Part shown: in pieces, positions 16,509 through 25,181 of the stretch
Position numbering within the stretch: position 1 is the stretch's first letter
Layout of the letters: every line of letters starts with the position of its first letter
NCBI GenBank assembly: GCA_050699195.1
Contig: JBOHCZ010000351.1
Span: forward strand, 1-33,500
Source of the DNA: Streptomycetales bacterium
GTDB taxonomy: Bacteria; Actinomycetota; Actinomycetes; JBOHCZ01
Length of the DNA: 33,500 nucleotides
Direction of reading: 5' to 3'
Position numbers and translations under genes: made by a program
The notes under the pieces: model-generated
The model's database searches: none
What the model was told of the DNA's origin: nothing
Seen by the model: only the letters and a program-made list of their open reading frames with translations

Positions 16509-17339
16509 CTAGGTGGTCGCGTGATCGGTCCCGACGACGGACTCGTGCCACGGGATGAAGAGCCGCTTCAAGCCGATGACCCCGAGGAACAGCGAGAAGC
16601 CGAGCAACGTCAGCACCACGATCACCGCGAACAGCTGCTCCGCGTTCAGCGCGTTGAGACTGACCACGATCAGGTAGCCCAGGCCCTGGTTGCCGCCGAG
16701 GTACTCGCCGACGATCGCGCCGATGATGGAGAACACGATCCCGATCTCCATGCCGGCGAACACGTAGGGCAGCGTGCTGTGGTACTCGAGCCGCCAGAAC
16801 GTCGCCCACCGGCTCGCGTTCAGGCTGCGCATCACGTCGCGGTGCCCAGGTTCGACCGACCGCACCCCGAGCATCGAGTTGAGCATGATCGGGAAGAACG
16901 CCAGCATCGCGACGATGATGATCTTCGACGTCACGCCGAAGCCGAACCAGATGATGAACAGCGGCACGAGGGCGATCTTGGGGACCACCTGCGAGGCCAC
17001 GAGCAGGGGCCGCAGCGCTCGCTCGAGCCAGCGGAGCCGCCCCAGCACAGCGCCCATCCCCACGCCCAGCACCAGCGCTATGCCGAAGCCGGCGAGCGTC
17101 TCGATCAGCGTGACGCGCAGGTGGCCCACGAAGCCCCGCGACCCGACGAGCTCGGCCATCCCGCCGAGAACCTGCTCGGGCTGGGGCAGCACGAACTTCG
17201 AGATGTCGAACACCGCGATGGTGAGCTTCCAAAGGATGACGAAGAGGAAGAGCAGTACGGGCGTGCTGATCCAGGGCAGCAGCTTGCCGCGTAACAGCTC
17301 GCCCACCGGCGCGCGCTCCTGCGGCTGGGGAGAACTCAT
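16509..17339 (-). CDS. ABC transporter permease (NitT/TauT, SsuC-like family)
   Basis: 276 aa with about 6 TM segments and a binding-protein-dependent permease pattern. ATGA overlap with the ATPase stop (17336-17339). Confidence 0.85.
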   Translation of the reverse strand: MSSPQPQERAPVGELLRGKLLPWISTPVLLFLFVILWKLTIAVFDISKFVLPQPEQVLGGMAELVGSRGFVGHLRVTLIETLAGFGIALVLGVGMGAVLGRLRWLERALRPLLVASQVVPKIALVPLFIIWFGFGVTSKIIIVAMLAFFPIMLNSMLGVRSVEPGHRDVMRSLNASRWATFWRLEYHSTLPYVFAGMEIGIVFSIIGAIVGEYLGGNQGLGYLIVVSLNALNAEQLFAVIVVLTLLGFSLFLGVIGLKRLFIPWHESVVGTDHATT

Positions 17340-18271
17340 GGGCTCTGCTCCTCTTCGGTGTAGAGCTGGTGACGCAGCTCCCGGACGGTGTCCTGGAAGG
17401 CCGAAGCGGTCTGGATCTCGAGCGCCCGCGGGCGCTCGAAGTCGACGGGAGTCACGACGCGCAACCGCCCCGGTCGCGACGACAGAAGCAGAACCCGGTC
17501 GGCCAAAAAGACGGCCTCCGTGATCGAGTGGGTGACGAAGACCACCGTCGCCCCGATCGCCGCCGTGATCGACTGCAGCTCCAGGTTCATCCGGTCGCGG
17601 GTGAGCGCGTCGAGCGCCCCGAACGGCTCGTCCATCAGCAGGATCTCCGGGTTGTAGCTCAGGGCGCGGGCAATCGCCACGCGCTGGCGCATGCCTCCGG
17701 AGAGCTCGCGCGGGTAGGACCTTTCGAAGCCGGTGAGCCCCACGAGCTCGCTGAGCTCACCCGCCCTGGCGCGCCACTCGCGCCTGCCGGCCCCCCGCAG
17801 GCGCAGCGGCAGGCCGATGTTGTCCTCGACCGTGTACCAGGGGAACAGGTGCGCATCCTGGAAGACCAGCCCGAGCATGCGAAGCGCCTGGTCGTCGCGC
17901 CGTGCGCCGCGCCACAGCGGCTCGCCGCCGACCCGTACCGCACCTTCGGTCGGGCGGATCAGCCCCGCCAGGATCCGCAGCAGCGTCGTCTTGCCGCAGC
18001 CGGACTGCCCGACCAGCGCGACGAACTCCCGGTGTGCCACCGACAGGGTGATGTCGTCGAGCGCAAGGGTCGAGCTGCGCCGCGTCAGGTAGCGCATCGT
18101 GAGGCCGTCGCCCTCAATGAAGTGATCGCCCGACGGGGCGCGACCGTCCACCGACCCGCTCGAGGCCGGCCCGGCGTCCGTCGCATCCCGCGCGTTGCGG
18201 GTGACGCTGGCCGTCGAGGTCTCTCCCCTGCTCACGTCACTCACTCCACTCCGCACCACGGCGCGCGACAA
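17336..18271 (-). CDS. ABC transporter ATP-binding protein (NitT/TauT, SsuB/TauB-like)
   Basis: Walker A GQSGCGKTT, signature LSGGMRQRVAIARAL, Walker B ILLMDEPFGALD. The listed start is a TTG at 18271. The true start is uncertain: GTGs at 18235 or 18151 are possible, and the first ~40 aa are low complexity. Confidence 0.85.
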   Translation of the reverse strand: MSRAVVRSGVSDVSRGETSTASVTRNARDATDAGPASSGSVDGRAPSGDHFIEGDGLTMRYLTRRSSTLALDDITLSVAHREFVALVGQSGCGKTTLLRILAGLIRPTEGAVRVGGEPLWRGARRDDQALRMLGLVFQDAHLFPWYTVEDNIGLPLRLRGAGRREWRARAGELSELVGLTGFERSYPRELSGGMRQRVAIARALSYNPEILLMDEPFGALDALTRDRMNLELQSITAAIGATVVFVTHSITEAVFLADRVLLLSSRPGRLRVVTPVDFERPRALEIQTASAFQDTVRELRHQLYTEEEQSP

Positions 18272-18294
18272 CCGACCCTAACGTCCCCGGGCGT

Positions 18295-19374
18295 CTAACT
18301 CACGAGCTCGTTGCTGAACCACTTCTGCGGGTCCTTCCCCTTCGCCGCTTGGCCGACCCCCACCAGGTCGTCGTACACCTTCTGCCAGTTCTCCGGCACG
18401 GTATTGAGCATGTTCTCCTCGCCCGCGTAGAACCAGGCATCGACCTGCTGCTCCAGCACCCCCTTGGCGATGCTGTCCGCCTTGAGCTCCGGGAAGTCGT
18501 GCTTGCTACGGACCAGCTCGATGATCTTCTTGAAGCCGTTGCCGCGGTCGGCGAGGACATCCTCCATCCCGGCCTTGATCGCGTTCATGTAGCCCTGGAG
18601 CAGGTCGCGCTGCTCCTGCAGGGAACGCCGGGAGGTGATATAGCACTGGCCCTCCTCGACGTACTCCGACGGGTCGAGCACCGTTGCCTTGGGGATCTGC
18701 TGATCGAAGATGACCTGCTCGACCGAGCCGATGACATAGCCGTCGATGCGGCCCTTCTCGACGAGCGCGAAGGTCCCCGGCGAAAAGCCCGTGACCTGCC
18801 GGCCGACGCTGCCGAGCGGAACGTCCCGGGAGGCCAGCATGAGATCAATGGTGATCTCGCTCGTACCGCCCTCGGACGGGATACCGATCTTCTTGCCCCG
18901 GAAGTCCTCGGGCGTCGTGAGTGACTTCTCGTCCGCAGAGACGATCGCGATGGGTGACTTGTGCCACTGCATGCCGATGTTGACCAGCGGCGCGTCCTGG
19001 TCGGCGATGGCGATGACCGTCTCGATCGCGCCCGCCCTGGTGAGGAGGGCGCTGCCCTGCAGGATCGACTGCAGCGCCTGCGCAGAGCCGCGCGTCGACT
19101 GGATGTCGACCTTGAGGCCCTCCTGCTTGAAGTGCCCGTTGAGGTCGCCGAGGATCTCGCAGACGAAGCCGAGGTTCAGCGGGATGATCGTGAGAAAGGT
19201 GACCGGCTCCAGGCCCTTGGCTCCGCCGGCCGACTGCTCGTCGCCGCACCCGGCGACGAGCATCCCGCTGACGCTCGAAGCGAAGAGCGTCCCTGCGGCA
19301 CCGGCCAGGAACGAGCGCCTTGTCGGGTGCCGCCACTCCTGTTGACCCCGACCGTCCCCCATCCGACTGTCCAT
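18295..19374 (-). CDS. ABC transporter substrate-binding lipoprotein (NMT1/THI5/SsuA-like) with Tat-type signal
   Basis: ATG at 19374 with GGAGGAG upstream. Twin-arginine signal (HPTRRSFLAGAAG) followed by the lipobox LVAGC. Confidence 0.8.
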   Translation of the reverse strand: MDSRMGDGRGQQEWRHPTRRSFLAGAAGTLFASSVSGMLVAGCGDEQSAGGAKGLEPVTFLTIIPLNLGFVCEILGDLNGHFKQEGLKVDIQSTRGSAQALQSILQGSALLTRAGAIETVIAIADQDAPLVNIGMQWHKSPIAIVSADEKSLTTPEDFRGKKIGIPSEGGTSEITIDLMLASRDVPLGSVGRQVTGFSPGTFALVEKGRIDGYVIGSVEQVIFDQQIPKATVLDPSEYVEEGQCYITSRRSLQEQRDLLQGYMNAIKAGMEDVLADRGNGFKKIIELVRSKHDFPELKADSIAKGVLEQQVDAWFYAGEENMLNTVPENWQKVYDDLVGVGQAAKGKDPQKWFSNELVS

Positions 19375-19502
19375 GGACTCCTCCTCACTGCGCGATCCGC
19401 GCGGCCTTGCCCGAACCGGGGACACGGTGCGGTCGTTCAGGTGCGGTACCACACCGCCGGCAACGCGGCCCACGCCGCCGACGTAGGCCTTAGGTTCGCG
19501 GA

Positions 19503-19531
19503 ATCATGTCGACCGTCGCGGAGTCTGTCAA
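19503..19531 (-). promoter_or_regulatory. Candidate internal sigma70-type promoter upstream of the ABC importer genes
   Basis: On the minus strand: TTGACA (19531-19526), a 17-nt spacer, then CATGAT (19508-19503). It lies in the 190-nt gap between the TPP-enzyme stop and the SBP start. Confidence 0.35.
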
Positions 19532-19564
19532 GCGTTGGGCAGGCAAGGGCTACCGGCCCAACCT

Positions 19565-21295
19565 TCACTGGGCCGGTAGCTGGACATCGATCACGGCGCA
19601 GCGGTTTTCGGTCTGCAGCGCCAGGCAGCGCCGCACCGCGGCCGCCATCTCCTCGGGGCGACTGACGACCTCCCCGTCACCCCCGTAGGCCCGGGCCAGC
19701 TGTACGTAGTCGGGGGTGGGCGCGAGGTCGGTCTCGGGGAAGCTCCCCTCCAGCTCGGCGGCGCCGCCGGGGTAGAGATCGGCCACCGGCAGCCTCGATG
19801 CCCGGTAGGCGCGGTTGTTCAGGATCACGGCCAGGAAGGCGGCCCCGGCTCTGTGGGCCGACCACAGCGCAGCGGTGGGGACGCTGAAATTGAACGCTCC
19901 GTCGCCGCACACGGTGACGACCGGCGACTCGGGCCTGGCGATCTTCACCCCCAGTGCGGCGGCCACCGACCAGCCGAGTGCCGGGGAGCCGGTCCCGTAG
20001 AAGGATCCGGGATCGCGGACCACCTGGCGGGTGAGGGCAGCGCGGTTGGTCACCGCCTCCTCCAGCACGATCGCCTCCGGGGGCAGCGACCTGCCGAGGG
20101 CTTGCAGCATCGCGTCAGCCGCGAAGGCGGGATCCTGCGACCGCGCCAGGTCCGCCCACCGCGCCCGCACCGCCGCCAAGCGCTGTGTCACGCGCTGCCC
20201 GCGGGTACGCCAGCGCCGCCTCCGCTCGGGGGTGGCGAGCCGGCGAAGCTCCGCATATAGCAGTGGCAGGGCGAGCGCGGTGTCGGCCGTGAGCGCGAGG
20301 CCGACGGGAAACGACCATGACGGCATCGTGGCCTTGACACAGTCGATGTCGATCTGGCAGATGGCCGCGTCCTGTGGAGGTGCCACACGCGCGGGAATCC
20401 AGGGCACCTCAACGTCGAGGAGCAGAACGGCATCGGCCTCGCGGAGCAGCTCGACGGCATCGCCGGCATAGAGGGGGTGGCCGGGCGGGAAGTTGACTCG
20501 GTCGCGGTGATCGAGCACGGGGCAGCCGAGCAGCTCAGCCACGTCGACGAGGGAGCTGACCGCCGCGGGCTGGGCACCGGTGCGGCCTGTGACGACGACG
20601 GGGCGATCCGCGTCGGCCAGCAGACTGGCCAGCTCCGCCAGCCCGCCCTGGTCGGGTGCGGCGGGCCTGGGTGGCCGCAGCCGCCTGGCCAGCCCGACTC
20701 CCCCGGGCTCCATCAGTACTTCCCGCGGAAGCATCACGTAGGCCGGTCCTTTGGGGTCGCTCTGCACGACCTGAAAGGCGCGGCGGACGATCCCGCCCAG
20801 CTCCCTGCCGCGCGGCACCTCCATGCTCCACTTGCCGAAGGCGCGCAGCACGCCCTGCTGGTCCAGCTGTTCCTGCTGCCAGTGGATGGGCAGGTCCCGG
20901 TGTCCGGCGATGTCACCGGCGGTGGTGTAGGGCGAACGGCCGGCGAAGATGACCGCGGGGACGCGGTTGCGCTGCGCGTTGTGGATGGCCCCGCCCAGGT
21001 TGAGGGTCCCGGCGTCCACGTGCACCATGAGCGCCTGCGGCCGGCCGCTGACGAAGTAGTGGCCCATGGCCGCTGACAGCGCGACGAACTCGTGGGTGCA
21101 CAGCACGGTTCGGGGGTGGGCCGTGCCCTTCGCGCGAGCCGACGCCATCGCCTCCTGAACCGGAGCGGTGTCCGTGCCGGGGTTGATGAAGAGGCACTCC
21201 ACCCCCTCGTCGGCGAGCGTCCCGACAAGCTCCGACGCCGCATCGGGGAAGGTGTCCCACGGCTTCGAGGCACCGGCCGCCGTGTCGTTCCCCAT
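19565..21295 (-). CDS. Thiamine-pyrophosphate-dependent enzyme (acetolactate synthase / benzoylformate decarboxylase superfamily)
   Basis: 576 aa with three-domain TPP enzyme layout. TPP-binding motif GDGAFNFSVPTAALWSAHRAGAAFLAVILNN. GAGGAGG precedes the ATG at 21295. Confidence 0.85.
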   Translation of the reverse strand: MGNDTAAGASKPWDTFPDAASELVGTLADEGVECLFINPGTDTAPVQEAMASARAKGTAHPRTVLCTHEFVALSAAMGHYFVSGRPQALMVHVDAGTLNLGGAIHNAQRNRVPAVIFAGRSPYTTAGDIAGHRDLPIHWQQEQLDQQGVLRAFGKWSMEVPRGRELGGIVRRAFQVVQSDPKGPAYVMLPREVLMEPGGVGLARRLRPPRPAAPDQGGLAELASLLADADRPVVVTGRTGAQPAAVSSLVDVAELLGCPVLDHRDRVNFPPGHPLYAGDAVELLREADAVLLLDVEVPWIPARVAPPQDAAICQIDIDCVKATMPSWSFPVGLALTADTALALPLLYAELRRLATPERRRRWRTRGQRVTQRLAAVRARWADLARSQDPAFAADAMLQALGRSLPPEAIVLEEAVTNRAALTRQVVRDPGSFYGTGSPALGWSVAAALGVKIARPESPVVTVCGDGAFNFSVPTAALWSAHRAGAAFLAVILNNRAYRASRLPVADLYPGGAAELEGSFPETDLAPTPDYVQLARAYGGDGEVVSRPEEMAAAVRRCLALQTENRCAVIDVQLPAQ

Positions 21296-21359
21296 CGTCC
21301 TCCTCAGGGCGCTTCCACGGGTGAGCGGGCGTCGAGTGCTGCGTGACCGGGTTGAGCTG

Positions 21360-21587
21360 GCCGAAAAGCATAACTATGACCCTGGCTGTCGTCTAGAGAG
21401 AAGTCACGCTTCAACCGCCGCTGTTGCGGGCGGACTGACGTCCCTGGCTGGTGGGCGCGGACCGGGTTCTCGGGTTGGTGCCGATCTTGGCCAGCCGTTC
21501 ACACAGAGGCGGGTGAGGATTTTATACGGAATTATCAATAAATTTAGACCGAGATCGTATCGTCGACGCGATCGGGAGGGAGCTTCG
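21360..21587. promoter_or_regulatory. AT-rich divergent control region between the TPP-enzyme array and the GntR gene
   Basis: Contains the most AT-rich stretch of the window (GGATTTTATACGGAATTATCAATAAATTTAGACC, about 21518-21548). Also a near-palindrome CATA-AC-TATG (21369-21378), CGTCGACG, and GGGAGGGAG before the ATG at 21588. Confidence 0.4.
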
Positions 21588-22313
21588 ATGTCGGATCCCG
21601 GAAACGACGGGCGCCGCGGAGGGGCGGCCGGCAAGAACGAGGCGCTGGCCGCCCTGCGGTACTCGGTGCTGCAGGGCGACAAGGTTCCGGGACAGCGGCT
21701 GGTAGAGGCCGAGCTGGCGGACGACCTGGGCGTCACGCGGACGAGCGTGCGTGAGGCGTTGATCGAGCTGGCCGCCGACGGCCTGGTCGAGCGCGTCCCC
21801 AACCGCGGCGCGCGGGTACGGATCATCTCCGTCGAGGAGGCGGTCGAGATCACCGAGTGCCGGATGGCGTTGGAGGGCCTGTGCGCGGCGAGGGCCGCCG
21901 AGCGTGTCACGCGAGCCCAGACCGACCGGCTGTCCGAGATCGGAGCACAGATGCGCGACGCGGTGGCCGACGGCGATCCGCTGCGGTACTCCGAGCTCAA
22001 CCAGCAGCTGCACCGCTTCCTCATCTGTGAGGTTGCCGGGCAGCGGGTCGCCGCGGGCCTGATCGATCGGCTGCACGGGCAGATCGTGCGTCACCAGTTC
22101 CGGCTCGCGCTGCGGCGGGGCCGCCCCGACGAGTCGCTGTCCGAGCACCTGGCCATCATCGAGGCGATCGTCGCCCGCAACCCGCCTGCCGCCGAGCAGG
22201 CCGCACGCCGGCACCTGCTCAGCATCATCGCGGCGCTGCGCCCCTCCGAGAACGCCGGCAGCCATTCCCCGTCCGTGCCGGCCGGTCAGGCCTTCCAGGA
22301 GCGCCAGTGGTGA
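21588..22313 (+). CDS. GntR-family (FadR/FCD subfamily) transcriptional regulator
   Basis: The listed ORF starts at 21168, but that upstream part is antisense to the TPP gene. ATG at 21588 with a strong RBS. wHTH (RLVEAELADDLGVTRTSVREALIELAADGLVERVPNRGARV) plus a helical FCD-like C-terminal domain. Confidence 0.85.
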   Translation: MSDPGNDGRRGGAAGKNEALAALRYSVLQGDKVPGQRLVEAELADDLGVTRTSVREALIELAADGLVERVPNRGARVRIISVEEAVEITECRMALEGLCAARAAERVTRAQTDRLSEIGAQMRDAVADGDPLRYSELNQQLHRFLICEVAGQRVAAGLIDRLHGQIVRHQFRLALRRGRPDESLSEHLAIIEAIVARNPPAAEQAARRHLLSIIAALRPSENAGSHSPSVPAGQAFQERQW

Positions 22314-22324
22314 GTGTCCGCATT

Positions 22325-22344
22325 CGAACTCTGAGCCGAGTTCG
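22325..22344. terminator. Weak hairpin between convergent GntR and SDR genes
   Basis: CGAACTC-TGAGCC-GAGTTCG: 7-bp stem, 6-nt loop, no U-tract. Confidence 0.25.
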
Positions 22345-22382
22345 CCGTCGTGTGGCAGGTGCTGCGGCAGCCTGATCGGCGA

Positions 22383-23135
22383 TCAGAACTGGTAGCGGCG
22401 GAGGCCGCCGTCGACGGGGATCACGGTGCCGGTGATGTAGCGCGCCAGCGGCGAGGCCAGATAGCAGACCAGGTGCGCGATGTCCGCCGGGAGGCCGTAC
22501 TCCCCCACCGGGATCTCGTGCTCGGACTGCCACCGGCGGTACTCAGGTGAGTAGTTGCGCTCGATCTGGTCGCTCATGATCCGGCCGGGCGGGATCGAGT
22601 TGACCGTGATGCCCTTCGGCCCGACCTCGCGGGACAGCCCCTTCGCCCAGGAATGCAGCGCGGCCTTCGCGCAGAAGGCCCCGTTGATGCCCTCGGGTTC
22701 GGACTTGCCGGAGATGTTGATGATCCGTCCCCACCCGTTGTCGATCATCACGGGCAGCAGGCGCTGAGTGAGCTGGCGGTGCCGGGTGAAGTTCAAGGTG
22801 ATCGCCTCTTCCCACCGGTCCTCACCCGCGTCCGCGGGCAGCGGCCGGCTGCCCCCGGCGTTGTTCACCAGGATCTCGACACGCCCGAGGGCGTCGAGCG
22901 CAGCTCGGGAGATGGTTTCCGCCGCGTCCTCCCGGAGGAAGTCGCAGTCGATGAGGGCCGGACGGGGCCCGCCGGCCGCTTCGATCTCGTCCGCGACGGA
23001 CTCCAGCAGGTTGAGCCGGCGGGCCGCCACCGCAAGCCGTACGCCCTCACGGCCGAGGGCGAGGGCGATGCCGCGGCCGATGCCGCTGCTGGCGCCGGTG
23101 ACCAGCCCGGCCCTGTCCTTGAGGGCGAGGTCCAT
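22383..23135 (-). CDS. SDR-family oxidoreductase of the atypical BKR-like type (no canonical YxxxK)
   Basis: TGASSGIG cofactor motif and NNAG. At the catalytic position the sequence is NGAFCAKAAL (22656-22685) rather than Y-x-x-x-K. Confidence 0.8.
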   Translation of the reverse strand: MDLALKDRAGLVTGASSGIGRGIALALGREGVRLAVAARRLNLLESVADEIEAAGGPRPALIDCDFLREDAAETISRAALDALGRVEILVNNAGGSRPLPADAGEDRWEEAITLNFTRHRQLTQRLLPVMIDNGWGRIINISGKSEPEGINGAFCAKAALHSWAKGLSREVGPKGITVNSIPPGRIMSDQIERNYSPEYRRWQSEHEIPVGEYGLPADIAHLVCYLASPLARYITGTVIPVDGGLRRYQF

Positions 23136-23182
23136 GAGGCCTCCTGGGTGGCAGTCTCGGAGGGGAGCATCGAAGGTACCGG

Positions 23183-25162
23183 TCAGGTTGCGTAAACGAG
23201 TTCGGGGACGAGCAGGCCGCCCGGCAGGTCGACGGCTCCGGTGGCGCCGAGCCCGGCGAGTACCAGCAGCAGGACCGCCGTGTAGACGGCGATCTTGACG
23301 GGCCGCCAGCGTGCCACCACCAGCAGGAACAGGGGTACGAAGGCAGCGGCCGCCAGCAGGGTGCCAGCCAGCGACACGAGTACGAGGAAGAGCAGCATCC
23401 AGCCGAAGGCCCGCGCCGAGGAGCGCGCATCGGGGCGCCAGTCGGGCCGCTCCGCTGTCGCCCGCCGCCCCCGGAGCTCACGGATGCACACGACGGTGCT
23501 GAGGACAGCCCCGAGGACACCCACCAGGTTGGGCAGCAGCGCCGCCGTGGCGTCGTAGCCCTGGGCGACGGCTAGTGCGGCGAGGAAGGTCACGGCGAGC
23601 GCGGCGCTGACGATGACCGGCCAGAGCGTGCCCGCGTAGCCGCCACCGCCCTCGACCTGGTCCGGCCCCTCGTGGCGGCTGCCGTTGCGGGCGCCGTTGC
23701 GGGCGCGCAGCCGCCGGACCACCGCCAGCAGCAACGGAGCGATGAGCAGCACCGCCATCGCCACGACCCAGGGGCGGGTGATCCAGTCGGTGGTGGCGTA
23801 GAGGCTGGTGGTCTGGAAGTAGTAGCGCTCGAGCGGCAGCGCCAGCACGAATCCGACCAGCAGCGGTGCCCGCGGGAAACCGGTCTGCTTGAGCACCCAT
23901 CCGAAGACGCCGAGCACGAGCATCACCGCGAGATCACCCAGCTGCCCTGAAGACTGGAACGCGCTCAGGAACATGACGACCACCAGCGCGGGGGCGAGCA
24001 GCTGGAACGGCACGAAGCTCAGCCTCGCCAGCGGCTTGCTTGCGAGGAAGCACAGCCCGGCCCCCATGATGCTGGCGAGCGCGAAGGACCAGACGGTGAG
24101 GTAGATGAGATCGAGGTGCTCGGTCACCATGCGGGGGCCGGTCTCCACTCCGTAGACGAGCAGCGCACCGAGCAGCATGGCGGCCGGCACGCCGCCTGGG
24201 ATGCCGAACAGCAGGGTCGGAATGAGGTCGCCGGCCTCGACGGAGTTGTTCGCGCTCTCGGGAGCGACGATGCCGCGCGGGTCACCCTTGCCGTACTTCC
24301 TCTTGTCCTTGCTGGTCGCGACGGCCTGCCCGTAGGCCATCCAGGTGCCCGCCGTGGCGCCGATCCCGGGGAGCACTCCCGCCCAGATCCCGACGAGGGA
24401 GCCCCGGATCACGAACCTCCAGTGCCGGAGGAAGTCCCGGACGCCGTCCAGCCACCCGGTGCCCAGGCCCACCCGGCTGGCGACACTGGAGCGGCTGGCG
24501 ACAAAGCCTGCGATCTCCGCAAGGCCGAAGACCCCCAGGACGACGGGTACCAGTTCGAGCCCGTCAGCCAGGAACAGCGTCCCGAAGGTGTAGCGGTACT
24601 CGGCGGTCGCCGGCGCCGCCCCGATCGTCCCGATGAGGACGCCCACCGCGCCCGCGACCAGCCCCTTGGTCACGTTGCCGCGGGAGAGCAGGCCGGTGAG
24701 GCTGATGCCCAGCAGTGCGAGCATGAACAGTTCCGGCGCCCCGAACGTCAGTACCAACGGCCGGGCAACCGGGATGGAGAAGGTCAGGCCGAGTGCACCC
24801 AGCAGCCCACCGGCCATCGAGGACAGGAACGCGGCGGAGAGCGCCCGGGCGGCCTGCCCCTGTTTGGCCATCTCGTGCCCGTCGAGCAGGGTCACGGCGG
24901 CCGAGGCGGACCCCGGGACGCCTAAGAGCACCGCGGCGATGGTGTCCGAGGTGTGTACGGTCGCAACGGCTCCGATGATCAGGGCAAGCCCTTGCCCCGG
25001 ATCCATGAACAGCACGAAGGGCAGCAGGATGGCGACCGCCCCGGTGCCGCCGAGCCCCGGGACCAGCCCGAAGACCAGTCCGGCGCACACCCCGACGAAC
25101 AGCATGAGAAAGACGCTGGGGTCCAGCAAGGACCCCAGCGCCGACGCTGCGGCGTCCAGCAT
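23183..25162 (-). CDS. tctA: Tripartite tricarboxylate transporter large permease TctA with a C-terminally fused TctB-like 4-TM module
   Basis: 659 aa. The first ~480 aa are TctA-like (GLVPGLGGTGAVAILLPF..., LLGVPGSASAAVT...). Then comes an Arg/Asn/Gly linker (RRLRARNGARNGSRHEGPDQVE) and a ~155-aa module with four hydrophobic helices (23183-23650). No separate tctB lies between tctC and tctA (19-nt gap). Confidence 0.75.
   Translation of the reverse strand: MLDAAASALGSLLDPSVFLMLFVGVCAGLVFGLVPGLGGTGAVAILLPFVLFMDPGQGLALIIGAVATVHTSDTIAAVLLGVPGSASAAVTLLDGHEMAKQGQAARALSAAFLSSMAGGLLGALGLTFSIPVARPLVLTFGAPELFMLALLGISLTGLLSRGNVTKGLVAGAVGVLIGTIGAAPATAEYRYTFGTLFLADGLELVPVVLGVFGLAEIAGFVASRSSVASRVGLGTGWLDGVRDFLRHWRFVIRGSLVGIWAGVLPGIGATAGTWMAYGQAVATSKDKRKYGKGDPRGIVAPESANNSVEAGDLIPTLLFGIPGGVPAAMLLGALLVYGVETGPRMVTEHLDLIYLTVWSFALASIMGAGLCFLASKPLARLSFVPFQLLAPALVVVMFLSAFQSSGQLGDLAVMLVLGVFGWVLKQTGFPRAPLLVGFVLALPLERYYFQTTSLYATTDWITRPWVVAMAVLLIAPLLLAVVRRLRARNGARNGSRHEGPDQVEGGGGYAGTLWPVIVSAALAVTFLAALAVAQGYDATAALLPNLVGVLGAVLSTVVCIRELRGRRATAERPDWRPDARSSARAFGWMLLFLVLVSLAGTLLAAAAFVPLFLLVVARWRPVKIAVYTAVLLLVLAGLGATGAVDLPGGLLVPELVYAT
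23681..23704. repeat. Perfect 12-bp tandem duplication (CCGTTGCGGGCG x2) in the TctA-TctB linker
   Basis: Read directly. Encodes ARNGARNG on the minus strand. Confidence 0.9.
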
Positions 25163-25181
25163 TGACCGGTTCTCCCGCCGC

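Noticed and set aside
19375-19502. TPP (THI-box) riboswitch upstream of the NMT1/THI5-like binding protein
   Set aside because: I read the minus-strand leader and found ACCTGA, but no CUGAGA core and none of the paired THI-box elements. The similarity is not convincing.
19565-21295. TPP enzyme as sulfoacetaldehyde acetyltransferase (Xsc), which would link the SsuA-like ABC importer to organosulfonate catabolism
   Set aside because: The size and the transporter family are compatible, but I cannot recognise Xsc-specific sequence features by eye. No phosphotransacetylase or sulfite-handling genes are present.
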